Shown here piece by piece: positions 38,457 through 47,280 of a stretch of DNA of 64,000 nt. The notes below the pieces were generated by a model. That model did not search any database and had not been told where the DNA came from. It was given only the letters and a program-made list of their open reading frames with translations. This DNA comes from an uncultured Gemmatimonadaceae bacterium. Lineage in GTDB: Bacteria; Gemmatimonadota; Gemmatimonadetes; Gemmatimonadales; Gemmatimonadaceae. Location of the stretch: positions 800,001 to 864,000 of the forward strand of contig CAWBOC010000009.1 in the NCBI GenBank assembly GCA_963790305.1. Reading direction: 5' to 3'. Positions within the stretch are counted from its first letter, which is position 1. Each line of letters opens with the position of its first letter. The translations under genes were made by a program, and so were the position numbers.

Positions 38457-39043
38457 CGACGAGCACGACGGTCGAGCGCACCGCGCTCAAGGAGTGGGCG
38501 GTGCTGTGCGACGCGATGGCGCGCGGCGACATCGTGGCGATGGTGCGTAAGGGAGGCATTCGCGAGCACCGCTCCGGCTTCGCGGTGCGACACGACCGCT
38601 TCCTCCTGTATCCGACCTTCTTCCACGCACGTGAGAGCGAGCTCGCCCCTCGTTTCCGGGAGAGCCTCACGAGCGCCGACGCGGGCCAGCCGCCCCCAGG
38701 AGTCGTGAGACTGTCACTGGTCGCCAATGTCGCGGCGGTGTGGCACGTTCACGATCTCGACGCGCTGCGCGCCATCGAGCAGGAGCACGGTCTTGCCTGG
38801 TCGGCGGTCGAGTCGCGCTTCAGCTATCGCGGAGTGCCGGGGGTGCAGGTCGTCGCGGTGCGCGTCTCTCGTCTGGCCGCCGCCGCCGAGCTGCCGGAGG
38901 TGCGCCGTTATGCCGGGTGTGTGTCCTGGGTGGAGCTGGACGATGACGTCGACGTCACCGTCGTTTCACCCGCCCTGGAGGCCTCGACCCTCGATGCGCG
39001 GATCGCGCGCTTGCACTCCGCACTCGGCGAGGCGACGCCGTGA
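38453..39043 (+). CDS. DUF1802-like protein
   Basis: ALKEWA, RKGGIRE, FLLYPT.FH, YAGC.SWV. Confidence 0.8.
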   Translation: MTTSTTVERTALKEWAVLCDAMARGDIVAMVRKGGIREHRSGFAVRHDRFLLYPTFFHARESELAPRFRESLTSADAGQPPPGVVRLSLVANVAAVWHVHDLDALRAIEQEHGLAWSAVESRFSYRGVPGVQVVAVRVSRLAAAAELPEVRRYAGCVSWVELDDDVDVTVVSPALEASTLDARIARLHSALGEATP

Positions 39044-39059
39044 ACGCCCTGATGCACAA

Positions 39060-39086
39060 AGGGCGCGACTCACTGAGTCGCGCCCT
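39060..39086. terminator. Hairpin between convergent genes (likely terminator)
   Basis: AGGGCGCGACTCA-C-TGAGTCGCGCCCT, with a short U-tract on the minus strand. Confidence 0.65.
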
Positions 39087-39107
39087 CGTCGTCCGAGCGG
39101 TGGGCGA

Positions 39108-39287
39108 TTACGGCCGGCGGGCGGCGGTGTCGCGCAGACTGTCGCGCATCGTCGTGTCACGCATCATCGTATCCGCCGGGGCGGGCGCGGGTGCGACCTG
39201 CGTGGTCGTATCGGCGGTGTTGTCCGCGTCATTCGCCGTGCAGGCGGTGATGACAACCACAGCGGCAACGAGGGCCAGGCGCTTCAT
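39108..39287 (-). CDS. 59-aa low-complexity lipoprotein (not in ORF track)
   Basis: MKRLALVAAVVVITAC-TANDADNTADTTTQVAPAPAPADTMMRDTTMRDSLRDTAARRP; AAGGAG RBS, promoter and terminator present. Confidence 0.85.
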   Translation of the reverse strand: MKRLALVAAVVVITACTANDADNTADTTTQVAPAPAPADTMMRDTTMRDSLRDTAARRP

Positions 39288-39367
39288 TTACGTTCTCCTT
39301 GTGGGGGGCCTTGGGGCTTGGTGTTCGTCCGGCCCGCGCTTGGCGATGCTCGGAGCGAGCGGCAAGT

Positions 39368-39395
39368 ATTCTACGATACTCGGACGTAGTGTCAA
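39368..39395 (-). promoter_or_regulatory. Sigma-70-type promoter of the small lipoprotein gene
   Basis: TTGACA-N16-TAGAAT on the minus strand. Confidence 0.65.
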
Positions 39396-39458
39396 GAGTG
39401 CGGAAACGTACCGAACCGTAAGAAACGCAAGCATTTCGGAGCCATCAGGAGGTCCGCT

Positions 39459-40937
39459 GTGCGCCTGAGCGCGCTCGCCGGCGCGCTCGGTGTGCCTCTT
39501 TCGGGGGCCGATCGGGAGATTACGGGCATTGCGCTCGACTCCCGCCAAGTGCAGCCGGGTCAACTCTTTGTCGCGATTCCCGGCGCCAATGCCGACGGAA
39601 CGCGCTTCATCCCCGACGCCCTCGCGCGCGGCGCCGTGGCGGTGTGCGCGGTACGCGCGTGGGATACCGTGCCCACGCTCGTCGTCCCCGATCCACGTGA
39701 GGCGCTCGCCCGCCTGGCGAGCGAATTCCACGGACATCCCGCACGCGACCTTCGCATGATCGGGATTACCGGATCGCTCGGGAAGACGTCTACTGCGCTC
39801 CTGCTCGAAACGATCGTCGGGACCGCGGGCGAGAAAGTCGGCGTCATCGGCTCGCTCGGGATTCGGTTCGAGGGCCACGTCGTCGAGACGGGAATGACGA
39901 CCCCCGAGGCCCCCTCCATCCATGGCTCGCTGCGCTACTTCGCGGCGCAAGGTGCGGGCACCGCGGTCATGGAGGTGACGTCGCACTCGATTCTGCTCAA
40001 GCGCGTCGACGGACTTCAGTACGACCTTGGCCTCCTGACGAACATCGTCCCGTACGAGCACCTCGAGTTCCATCCCACTCCCGAGCATTACGTCCGCACG
40101 AAGACGCGCTTCTTCGGCATGCTCAAGCCGGGCGCACCGCTCGTCGTCAACGACGACGATCCCACCGCCCGCGAGGTGAGCACCGGTCTCGATCGACCGG
40201 TCATCGGCGTTTCGCTTCGCGCGCGGGCGAGCGCGGCAGTGCACGTGGAGCGCGTTCGCATGGGGGTCGAGGGCTCGACGTTCGCGCTGCAAGTGCGGCG
40301 CCCGCTGCCGATGCTGGACGGCGGAGAGGTCGCCGCGCAGACGATTCCGCTGGCGCTTCCGATCCTTGGTCGGCAGCAGGTGGCAAACGCGGCTCTGGCG
40401 GCAACGGCCGCTCTCATCGCTGGCATTCCCGCCGAGACGATCGCGTTCGCGCTCACCGACGTGGAGCCAATGCACCGCCGCATGCACATCTTCTACGAGG
40501 ATGGGCCGGTGGTGATCGACGACACCGTCGGGAATCCGGAGAGCATCCGCGCCGTCTTCGAGGCCATCCGCTCGATCCCGCATCACAACCTCCGCGTCGC
40601 GTACGCGATTCGCGGCTCGCGTGGGACGGAGGTCAACGAGCGGAACGCCGAGGCGCTCGCGCGAGAGATCGAGCCGATCATCGCGACGCTGGTCGTGACC
40701 TCGAGCGAGGATCACGCGAGCGAGCGCGATCGCGTCGAGGACGATGAGCGTGAGGCGGTCCTGAAGACACTGGAGGCTCGTGGAGTGCCCTTCATCTACG
40801 AGCCGACGCTCGAGGGAGCAGTCACCCGTGCGCTACAGGACGCGGCTCGCGGGGATCTCGTCGCCCTTCTCGGCGCTCAGGGGATGGACAAGGGAGCAGA
40901 GATCGCGCGGAAGCTGCTGCCGCCGCCGGTGGATTAG
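39459..40937 (+). CDS. Mur ligase family protein (MurE-like, divergent)
   Basis: DSRQV, ITGSLGKTST, TTPE, MEVTSH; lacks DYAH and DNPR motifs. Confidence 0.85.
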   Translation: MRLSALAGALGVPLSGADREITGIALDSRQVQPGQLFVAIPGANADGTRFIPDALARGAVAVCAVRAWDTVPTLVVPDPREALARLASEFHGHPARDLRMIGITGSLGKTSTALLLETIVGTAGEKVGVIGSLGIRFEGHVVETGMTTPEAPSIHGSLRYFAAQGAGTAVMEVTSHSILLKRVDGLQYDLGLLTNIVPYEHLEFHPTPEHYVRTKTRFFGMLKPGAPLVVNDDDPTAREVSTGLDRPVIGVSLRARASAAVHVERVRMGVEGSTFALQVRRPLPMLDGGEVAAQTIPLALPILGRQQVANAALAATAALIAGIPAETIAFALTDVEPMHRRMHIFYEDGPVVIDDTVGNPESIRAVFEAIRSIPHHNLRVAYAIRGSRGTEVNERNAEALAREIEPIIATLVVTSSEDHASERDRVEDDEREAVLKTLEARGVPFIYEPTLEGAVTRALQDAARGDLVALLGAQGMDKGAEIARKLLPPPVD

Positions 40938-41056
40938 GGGTCAGGAGTCAGGGATCGGGGGGGCTCAGGGTGGAGGTTCGAGGAGAGACGCTCGCGCACT
41001 CCTGGAACCACTTCCCTGACACCCCCTGACTCCTGACTCCTGACTCCTGATCCCTA
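40935..41056. repeat. Family A element, copy A5
   Basis: Starts in the Mur ligase TAG; spacer very similar to that of A2. Confidence 0.9.
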
Positions 41057-41068
41057 TATTGTTCAGCT

Positions 41069-43159
41069 ATGGCTCCGACCATCGTCCGAGCGGCCTGCCC
41101 CCACGATTGCCCGGATACCTGCGCAATGCTGGTGACCGTCGAGGACGGCCGCGCCACCAAGGTCGCCGGCGATCCCGACCACCCCTTCACGCAGGGATTT
41201 CTCTGCACGAAGGTCAATCGCTACCTCGAGCGCACCTATCACCCCGAGCGTTTGCTTCGCCCGATGCGTCGCATCGGCCGCAAGGGAGACGGCCGCTTCG
41301 AGCCGATCTCGTGGGATGACGCCCTCGACGAGATTGCCGAGCGCCTGACGAGCATCGCGGGCTCGCCGGACGGTCCGCAGGCGATTCTGCCGTACTCGTA
41401 CGCGGGCACGATGGGCTACGTGCAGAGCGCATCGATGGACCGGCGCTTTTTCCATCTGCTCGGCGCCTCGAAGCTCGATCGCACCATCTGCTCGATGGCC
41501 GGCACGGTCGGGATGCGGATGACGGTCGGTGCGAACATTGGCGCGGACGGTGAAGGGCTGCCCGAGAGCGATTTCGTCCTCTTGTGGGGGACCAACACGC
41601 TCACGTCGAATCCGCACCTGTGGCCGTTCGTCCTTCAGGCACGCGCGAACGGGGCGTCGATCATCGCGATCGATCCGCTTCGCACGCGCACCGCCGCCCA
41701 GTGCGACGAATGGTTCGGCATTCGGCCCGGCACCGACGCGGCGCTCGCGCTGGGCATGATGCACGTGCTGTTCGCGGAGGGGATGGAGGACCAGGAGTTT
41801 CTGACGAACTACACGCTCGGTGAAGAGCTGCTGCGCGAGCGCGTCCGCGAGTACTCTCCGGCGCGCGTCGCGTCGATCACCGGCCTCGAGGAAGCACGCA
41901 TCATCGGCCTCGCCCTGCGGTACGGTCACTCGCGCGCGGCGTTCATTCGCGTCAACTACGGGCTGCAGCGGCACAAGGGCGGCGGAATGGCCGTCCGTAC
42001 GATCGCGTGCCTTCCCGCGGTCGTCGGGCATTGGCGCCGTCCGGGTGGCGGCGTCCAGCTGTCCACCAGCGCGAACTTCCAGTTCGACAAGAACACGCTC
42101 GAGCGCCCCGACCTCTCACCGCCGGTGCGCACGATCAACATGATCCGGCTCGGAGAGGCGCTGACGACACCGAATGCGGGCGTCGGCGGGCCGCCGGTAC
42201 GGGCGATGGTCGTATACAACTCGAACCCCGCCGCGGTCGCGCCCGATCGCAACGCGGTGATGCGCGGATTCGCGCGCGACGACCTGTTCACGGTGGTGCT
42301 CGACCACTTTCAGACGGACACCGCCGACTGGGCCGACATCGTGTTGCCCGCGACGACGCAGCTCGAGCACTGGGACATTCACTTCGCGTACGGTCACCAC
42401 TACGTCACGCTGAACCGACCGTCGATCGCCCCGCTCGGCGAAGCGAAGCCCAACTCCGAGATCTTCCGCCTGCTCGCCGCACGCATGGGAATGCATCACC
42501 CCGCTCTCCGCGACGACGATCTCACGCTCATCCATCAGGCGATCGAGGGCGCGACACCAGGCGCGTGGAACGCGGAGAAGCTGCGCGGCGTGACGCTCGA
42601 CGAGCTGCTCGAGCGCGGATGGATGCGTCTCAACGTGCCGAAGCCGTACCTGCCATTCGGGAACGGCGAGTTCCTCACGCCCAGCGGCAAGTGCGAGTTC
42701 TATTCGGAGCGGATGAAGGAGATGGGACTCGACCCCCTTCCCTCGTTCACGGCGCCTTACGAGTTCCCGGAGGAGGCTCCGGAGCTCGCGTCACGCTTCC
42801 CGCTCACGTTGATCTCCTCCCCCGCGCACCAGTTCCTGAACTCGACGTTCGTGAACATCGGCGCCCTCCGCCGCGCCGCCCGCGAGCCGGAGCTGATGAT
42901 CCACCCGAGCGACGCCGAGCCGCGCGGCATCGCCACCGGCATGCGTGTGGTGGTGCATAACGATCGCGGCGAGTTCACCGCCGTGGCCCGCGTCGACGAA
43001 TCGGTCCGCGAAACGGTGGTGTGGGCCCCGTCGATCTGGTGGGCGAAGTACGCCGCCGACGGCCAGAACGCGAACGCCACCACTTCCCAGCTCGAGACGG
43101 ACATGGGGCATGGTCCCGTGTTCTACGACAATCTGGTGGAGGTGATGGCGGCGGATTGA
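41069..43159 (+). CDS. Molybdopterin-dependent oxidoreductase (cytoplasmic, DMSO reductase superfamily)
   Basis: CPHDCPDTC...LCTK Fe-S motif, IRPGTDAAL, ADIVLPAT, C-terminal molydop-binding domain. Confidence 0.9.
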   Translation: MAPTIVRAACPHDCPDTCAMLVTVEDGRATKVAGDPDHPFTQGFLCTKVNRYLERTYHPERLLRPMRRIGRKGDGRFEPISWDDALDEIAERLTSIAGSPDGPQAILPYSYAGTMGYVQSASMDRRFFHLLGASKLDRTICSMAGTVGMRMTVGANIGADGEGLPESDFVLLWGTNTLTSNPHLWPFVLQARANGASIIAIDPLRTRTAAQCDEWFGIRPGTDAALALGMMHVLFAEGMEDQEFLTNYTLGEELLRERVREYSPARVASITGLEEARIIGLALRYGHSRAAFIRVNYGLQRHKGGGMAVRTIACLPAVVGHWRRPGGGVQLSTSANFQFDKNTLERPDLSPPVRTINMIRLGEALTTPNAGVGGPPVRAMVVYNSNPAAVAPDRNAVMRGFARDDLFTVVLDHFQTDTADWADIVLPATTQLEHWDIHFAYGHHYVTLNRPSIAPLGEAKPNSEIFRLLAARMGMHHPALRDDDLTLIHQAIEGATPGAWNAEKLRGVTLDELLERGWMRLNVPKPYLPFGNGEFLTPSGKCEFYSERMKEMGLDPLPSFTAPYEFPEEAPELASRFPLTLISSPAHQFLNSTFVNIGALRRAAREPELMIHPSDAEPRGIATGMRVVVHNDRGEFTAVARVDESVRETVVWAPSIWWAKYAADGQNANATTSQLETDMGHGPVFYDNLVEVMAAD

Positions 43160-43177
43160 TGGTGTGCGCCACGGTCT

Positions 43178-43648
43178 TGGAACCGCAGATTGCCGCAGAT
43201 GGCCGCAGAGACGGTTCCTCCTGGCGATCGAGATCCTTACCGCCACGCTGGCATCACCAGGAAGCTGTTGGATTGCTTCTTTGATGTCTACCACGAGCTT
43301 GGCCTTGGCTTTCTCGAGGCAGTTTATTCCAATGCGTTCGCGATTGCGTTGACGCAAGCCGAAATCTCGTTTCGACGAGAATTCGATGTACCGGTGTTCT
43401 TCCGGGGGATTCCCATAGGCGCCTACAAGGCGGATTTCCTCATCGCCGACGACATCATTGTCGAGTTGAAGGCTGCACGAGCCATCGACCCAGTTCACAT
43501 CGCCCAGCTTGTCAACTACCTGCGTGGTTCCAAGGTCGAGTTGGGGTACATCCTGAATTTCGGTCCAAAGCCGTCATACAAGCGCTTTATTTTCTCCAAC
43601 GCACGCAAGAACAGTTGCGGCCATCTGCGGCCATCTGCGGTTCCATAG
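43178..43648. mobile_element. Putative element: GxxExxY gene bounded by 30-bp inverted arms of tandem CCGCAGATGG units
   Basis: 43178-43207 and 43616-43645 are reverse complements at 29/30 positions. Confidence 0.6.
43199..43648 (+). CDS. GxxExxY protein (PD-(D/E)xK nuclease superfamily, PDDEXK_3-like)
   Basis: GFLEAVY motif, ADFL, IVELKA, AQLVNYL, ILNFG; more AT-rich than its neighbours. Confidence 0.92.
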   Translation: MAAETVPPGDRDPYRHAGITRKLLDCFFDVYHELGLGFLEAVYSNAFAIALTQAEISFRREFDVPVFFRGIPIGAYKADFLIADDIIVELKAARAIDPVHIAQLVNYLRGSKVELGYILNFGPKPSYKRFIFSNARKNSCGHLRPSAVP

Positions 43649-43707
43649 CACTGGCGCGAATAAGTACGCCCGGCCATCCTGAGTAACGACTCAAAACGGA
43701 GCAGACG

Positions 43708-45180
43708 TTGTCGAGCAAGCAGCACCCCACAACACTCGGCGCCCTCAAGCGCTCACCCTACGCCGCACGCGCCAAGCGCACCGTCAAGGACGAGCTGCGC
43801 GAGAATCTTCTCGAGCGGCTGGCGCGCGGCGGGCCGCTGTTCGAGGGCGTCGTTGGCTATGAAGACACCGTTCTTCCGCAGCTGGTCAACGCCATTCTCG
43901 CCAAGCACAATTTCATCCTCCTCGGGCTGCGCGGGCAGGCCAAGTCGCGCATTCTGCGGTCGCTCGTCACGCTGCTCGATGACGCCATTCCCATCGTCGC
44001 CGGGAGCGAGATCAACGACGATCCGTTCGCGCCGATCTCGAAGCAGGCGAGCCAGGTGATCGAGGAGGCGGGAGACGACACGCCCATCGCGTGGATCGGA
44101 CGCGACCAGCGCTACGTCGAGAAGCTCGCTACCCCCGACGTCACCATCGCCGACATCATCGGCGACGTCGATCCCATCAAGGCTGCGCGCGGCGGACATG
44201 TGCTGTCGGACGAGCTCACCATCCACTACGGCATGCTGCCGCGCGCCAATCGCGGCATCTTCGCGCTCAACGAGCTTCCCGATCTCGCCGGCAAGATCCA
44301 GGTGGGATTGTTCAACATCATGCAGGAAGGCGACGTCCAGATCAAAGGCTATCCCATCCGCATCCCGCTCGATGTGCTCCTCTGCTTCACCGCCAACCCC
44401 GAGGATTACACCGCGCGCGGGAAGATCATCACGCCGCTCAAGGATCGCATCGGAAGCGAGATTGCGACGCACTATCCGGAGTCGGTCGAAGTCGGGATGG
44501 AGATCACGCAGCAGGAGGCGTGGACCGCTCGCGGCTCTCTTCCCGTGCGTGTCCCGGACTTCATCGCCGAGGTCGTCGAGCGCGTCGCCTTCGAGGCACG
44601 CACCGACAAGCGCGTCGACAAGCGCTCCGGCGTCTCACAGCGCATGCCGATAACGGTTCTCGAGAGCGTCGTGTCGAACGCCGAGCGGCGCGCCGTCGAG
44701 CGGCGCGAGTGCACGGTCGTGCCGCGCGTGTCGGACATCTACGCGGCGCTGCCGTCGATCACCGGCAAGATCGAGCTCGAGTACGAGGGCGAGCTCATCG
44801 GAGGACAGGTCATCGCGCGTGAGCTGATTCGTCGCGCTGCCGACGCGACGTTCCAGTCGAGAGCAGGCGGCTCCGATACCGACGAGATCGTGATGTGGTT
44901 CGACACGGGGAACGCGCTCGAGGTGCCCGACGACGCCGCCAGCGAGCCGCTGTCGCAGGCCTTCGAGGATGTCCCGACGCTTCTCGATCTCGTGCATGGC
45001 GTCGGGCTCGCATCGCAGGGCGATACCGAGATGACCGTCGCGGCGTGCGAGCTCGTGCTCGAAGCGCTGGTCGGGCGTCGAAAGATCTCGCGCTCCGACG
45101 CCGGACGGTACGGTCGCGCTCAGCCGCCCGAGCGCCGCCGGCCGAACGATCTCTTCGGCGGCGGTGGCATGACCGCCTAG
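43708..45180 (+). CDS. Mg-chelatase/MoxR-like AAA+ ATPase
   Basis: GLRGQAKS, EKLATPD, PRANRGIFALNELPDL, TANPEDYT. Confidence 0.85.
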   Translation: MSSKQHPTTLGALKRSPYAARAKRTVKDELRENLLERLARGGPLFEGVVGYEDTVLPQLVNAILAKHNFILLGLRGQAKSRILRSLVTLLDDAIPIVAGSEINDDPFAPISKQASQVIEEAGDDTPIAWIGRDQRYVEKLATPDVTIADIIGDVDPIKAARGGHVLSDELTIHYGMLPRANRGIFALNELPDLAGKIQVGLFNIMQEGDVQIKGYPIRIPLDVLLCFTANPEDYTARGKIITPLKDRIGSEIATHYPESVEVGMEITQQEAWTARGSLPVRVPDFIAEVVERVAFEARTDKRVDKRSGVSQRMPITVLESVVSNAERRAVERRECTVVPRVSDIYAALPSITGKIELEYEGELIGGQVIARELIRRAADATFQSRAGGSDTDEIVMWFDTGNALEVPDDAASEPLSQAFEDVPTLLDLVHGVGLASQGDTEMTVAACELVLEALVGRRKISRSDAGRYGRAQPPERRRPNDLFGGGGMTA

Positions 45181-45675
45181 GTGGCCCGCGCCGCGGCGCC
45201 GCGTACGCGCGTGCGCGTTCGCCCGGCGACCATGGCGGACGCCGAACGGATCGCCGAGCTGCGCCTCGCGCTCATCGGCGAGCACCGGTCGAACGCGATC
45301 TACGCGCGCCTGCGCCGCGATGCCCCGTCTCGAGCCGTCGACCTGACGAAGGAGCAGCTCGCGTCGGATCGCGAGGCAATGTTCGTCGCCACCAGAGATG
45401 ACCGGATCATCGGCGTGCTACGCTGCATCGACCAGCGGGGACATCGCCTGTTGCGTCCATCGCGTTTTGCGCTCATCTCCACGGTGTACGTGGACCCTGC
45501 CGTTCGACGGCAAGGCGTGCTTCGTTCGCTGATGGAGGCCGCCATCGGCTGGAGCCGGGAGCGAGGCCTCACCGAGATGCGTCTTCAGAACGCGGCCGAC
45601 AATCCGCTGGCCGTCGCGGCGTGGGAGGCGTTAGGCTTTCGCGTCGTGGAACAGATTCGCCTTCGCCCCCTCTGA
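45181..45675 (+). CDS. GNAT-family acetyltransferase
   Basis: VYVDPAVRRQGV, N..A...WEALGF. Confidence 0.85.
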   Translation: MARAAAPRTRVRVRPATMADAERIAELRLALIGEHRSNAIYARLRRDAPSRAVDLTKEQLASDREAMFVATRDDRIIGVLRCIDQRGHRLLRPSRFALISTVYVDPAVRRQGVLRSLMEAAIGWSRERGLTEMRLQNAADNPLAVAAWEALGFRVVEQIRLRPL

Positions 45676-45684
45676 CGCGACGCC

Positions 45685-46329
45685 ATGGCGATCATCACGA
45701 TCTCGCGCATGTACGGCTCCGGCGGCTCCGACGTCGCCGCACGCGTCGCCCAGCTGCTCGCCTGGTCGCTGTTCGACAACGACTTCGTCGACGCCGTGGC
45801 GGAGCGACTCGGGGTTCCGGTATCGGAGGTGCAGGCGCGCGAGGAACGCACGCCCTCGCTCGTCGAGCGCCTCGCGTCGGCGCTGGCGGTCGCGTCTCCG
45901 GAGATACTGCCGCCTCCAACCGAGCAGGTGCCGCCGAGCGAGGAGCGGATGGCCGAGGTCACCCGGCGCATCATCGAGGAGGCGGTCGCCCGAGGGAATG
46001 CGGTGCTCGTTGGCCGCGGGGCGCAATCGGTGCTGGCCCGCCGGGCGGGGGTGCTTCACGTCTTCTGCTACGCCCCCCGCGACGCGCTCGTCCGTCGAGT
46101 GGCCGAGCGACGGGGTGTGTCGATCGGGGAAGCGGAGAAGAAGGTCGACGAGATCAACAAGCAGCGGGACCAATACGTCCGCGCGGCTTTCAAGCGGTCG
46201 TGGAAGGCCCACGACAACTATCACCTCGCCGTCAACACCGAGTGGCTTGGGGTGGAAGGCGCGGCACAGCTCATTGTCAGTGCGGCCCAGCGGATGGGCA
46301 TTACCCGCCGTGACGAAAATCCCGCCTGA
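45685..46329 (+). CDS. Cytidylate kinase-like protein
   Basis: IITISRMYGSGG, VLVGRGA, YHLAVNT. Confidence 0.88.
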   Translation: MAIITISRMYGSGGSDVAARVAQLLAWSLFDNDFVDAVAERLGVPVSEVQAREERTPSLVERLASALAVASPEILPPPTEQVPPSEERMAEVTRRIIEEAVARGNAVLVGRGAQSVLARRAGVLHVFCYAPRDALVRRVAERRGVSIGEAEKKVDEINKQRDQYVRAAFKRSWKAHDNYHLAVNTEWLGVEGAAQLIVSAAQRMGITRRDENPA

Positions 46330-46391
46330 GCGTTGGTAGAGGCGCCCGCACCTCGAGGTCGCGGTCGCTCTCACACCATTTCTCAGGATTT

Positions 46392-46739
46392 ATGCGCCGC
46401 TTTCTCGTAATCCCCGCCGTCATCGGCGTGCTATCGGGCTGCACCTCGTTCCGTCTGGTACAGGCAAACGAGCCCCTTCCCCCGCACGCGACGGTGGCGA
46501 TTACCTTCGACGAGCCGCGGAACCTCGACGCTCGGCGCAACTCGACGGTGTACTCCCTCCGCGAGGTCAGCACGGTGTACGGCGAGCTCGAGGACGTTCG
46601 GTCGGACACTCTGGTGCTTCGCGTCCTCAGCATCGAGTCGAGCCGACGCCAGCCGCGCCTCCCCGCTGAGGCACGGCTTGCGGTCGTGCCGGGCGCGTCG
46701 GCCCAGCTTTCGACGAGCGGAGTTTCCGAGCAGAGGTGA
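46392..46739 (+). CDS. Hypothetical lipoprotein, paralogue 1 (lacks the C-terminal helix)
   Basis: Lipobox LSGC; aligns by eye with 48732 and 49648. Confidence 0.75.
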   Translation: MRRFLVIPAVIGVLSGCTSFRLVQANEPLPPHATVAITFDEPRNLDARRNSTVYSLREVSTVYGELEDVRSDTLVLRVLSIESSRRQPRLPAEARLAVVPGASAQLSTSGVSEQR

Positions 46740-46828
46740 TCGAGGCTGTCGAGGGTGTCCAGGTGATCGAGGGAAGGCAACGACGTTCCTGGATCACCTT
46801 GACGACCTCGACACCCTCGCCTACCTCG
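46733..46828. repeat. Family C element, copy C3
   Basis: 9-mer arms; spacer is a near reverse complement of the C2 spacer. Confidence 0.88.
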
Positions 46829-46831
46829 CTT

Positions 46832-47173
46832 TCACGACCGACCCCGCGGCAATTCGTCTCCACTCTTCGTGTACGCGGGCGGCACGTACAGCGTGAGCGC
46901 CTTGAGCAGCGTTCGCCCGGTGTTGCGGATCTCGTGCGTGTCCCCCTTCTCGATGAGCACTAAGGCCCCTTCGCGAAGGGGGAAACGTCGGCCGTTCACC
47001 GTCGCCGACCCCCGCCCGGAAAGCACGAAGAGCCATTGATCGGCGCCGCAATGGCGGTTGTCAGGCCCGCCCTCGCAGTCGCCCGGCTCGATTACCATTG
47101 AGGCGCCTTGCGCGCGTCGATTACCGAGGGCGACGCGAAAGCCCTTGCCGAATCGGAGTGTCGTTCGTCGCAT
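46832..47173 (-). CDS. Cupin domain protein
   Basis: NRH..ADQWLFVLSG.G, HEIRNTG, YVPPAY. Confidence 0.85.
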   Translation of the reverse strand: MRRTTLRFGKGFRVALGNRRAQGASMVIEPGDCEGGPDNRHCGADQWLFVLSGRGSATVNGRRFPLREGALVLIEKGDTHEIRNTGRTLLKALTLYVPPAYTKSGDELPRGRS

Positions 47174-47280
47174 GCGCGAGGCCAAGCGCAAAAACGCAGC
47201 CGGACCGAGCCTCGGCGGCCTTGAGCCGGTCACACCGTCGGCAACATTCTTGTACGGCAGGGTGTCAACCTAGCAGGAAG

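Noticed and set aside
43178..43645. Classical IS element
   Set aside because: No DDE/HUH/serine transposase motifs and no target-site duplication; kept only as an atypical candidate element
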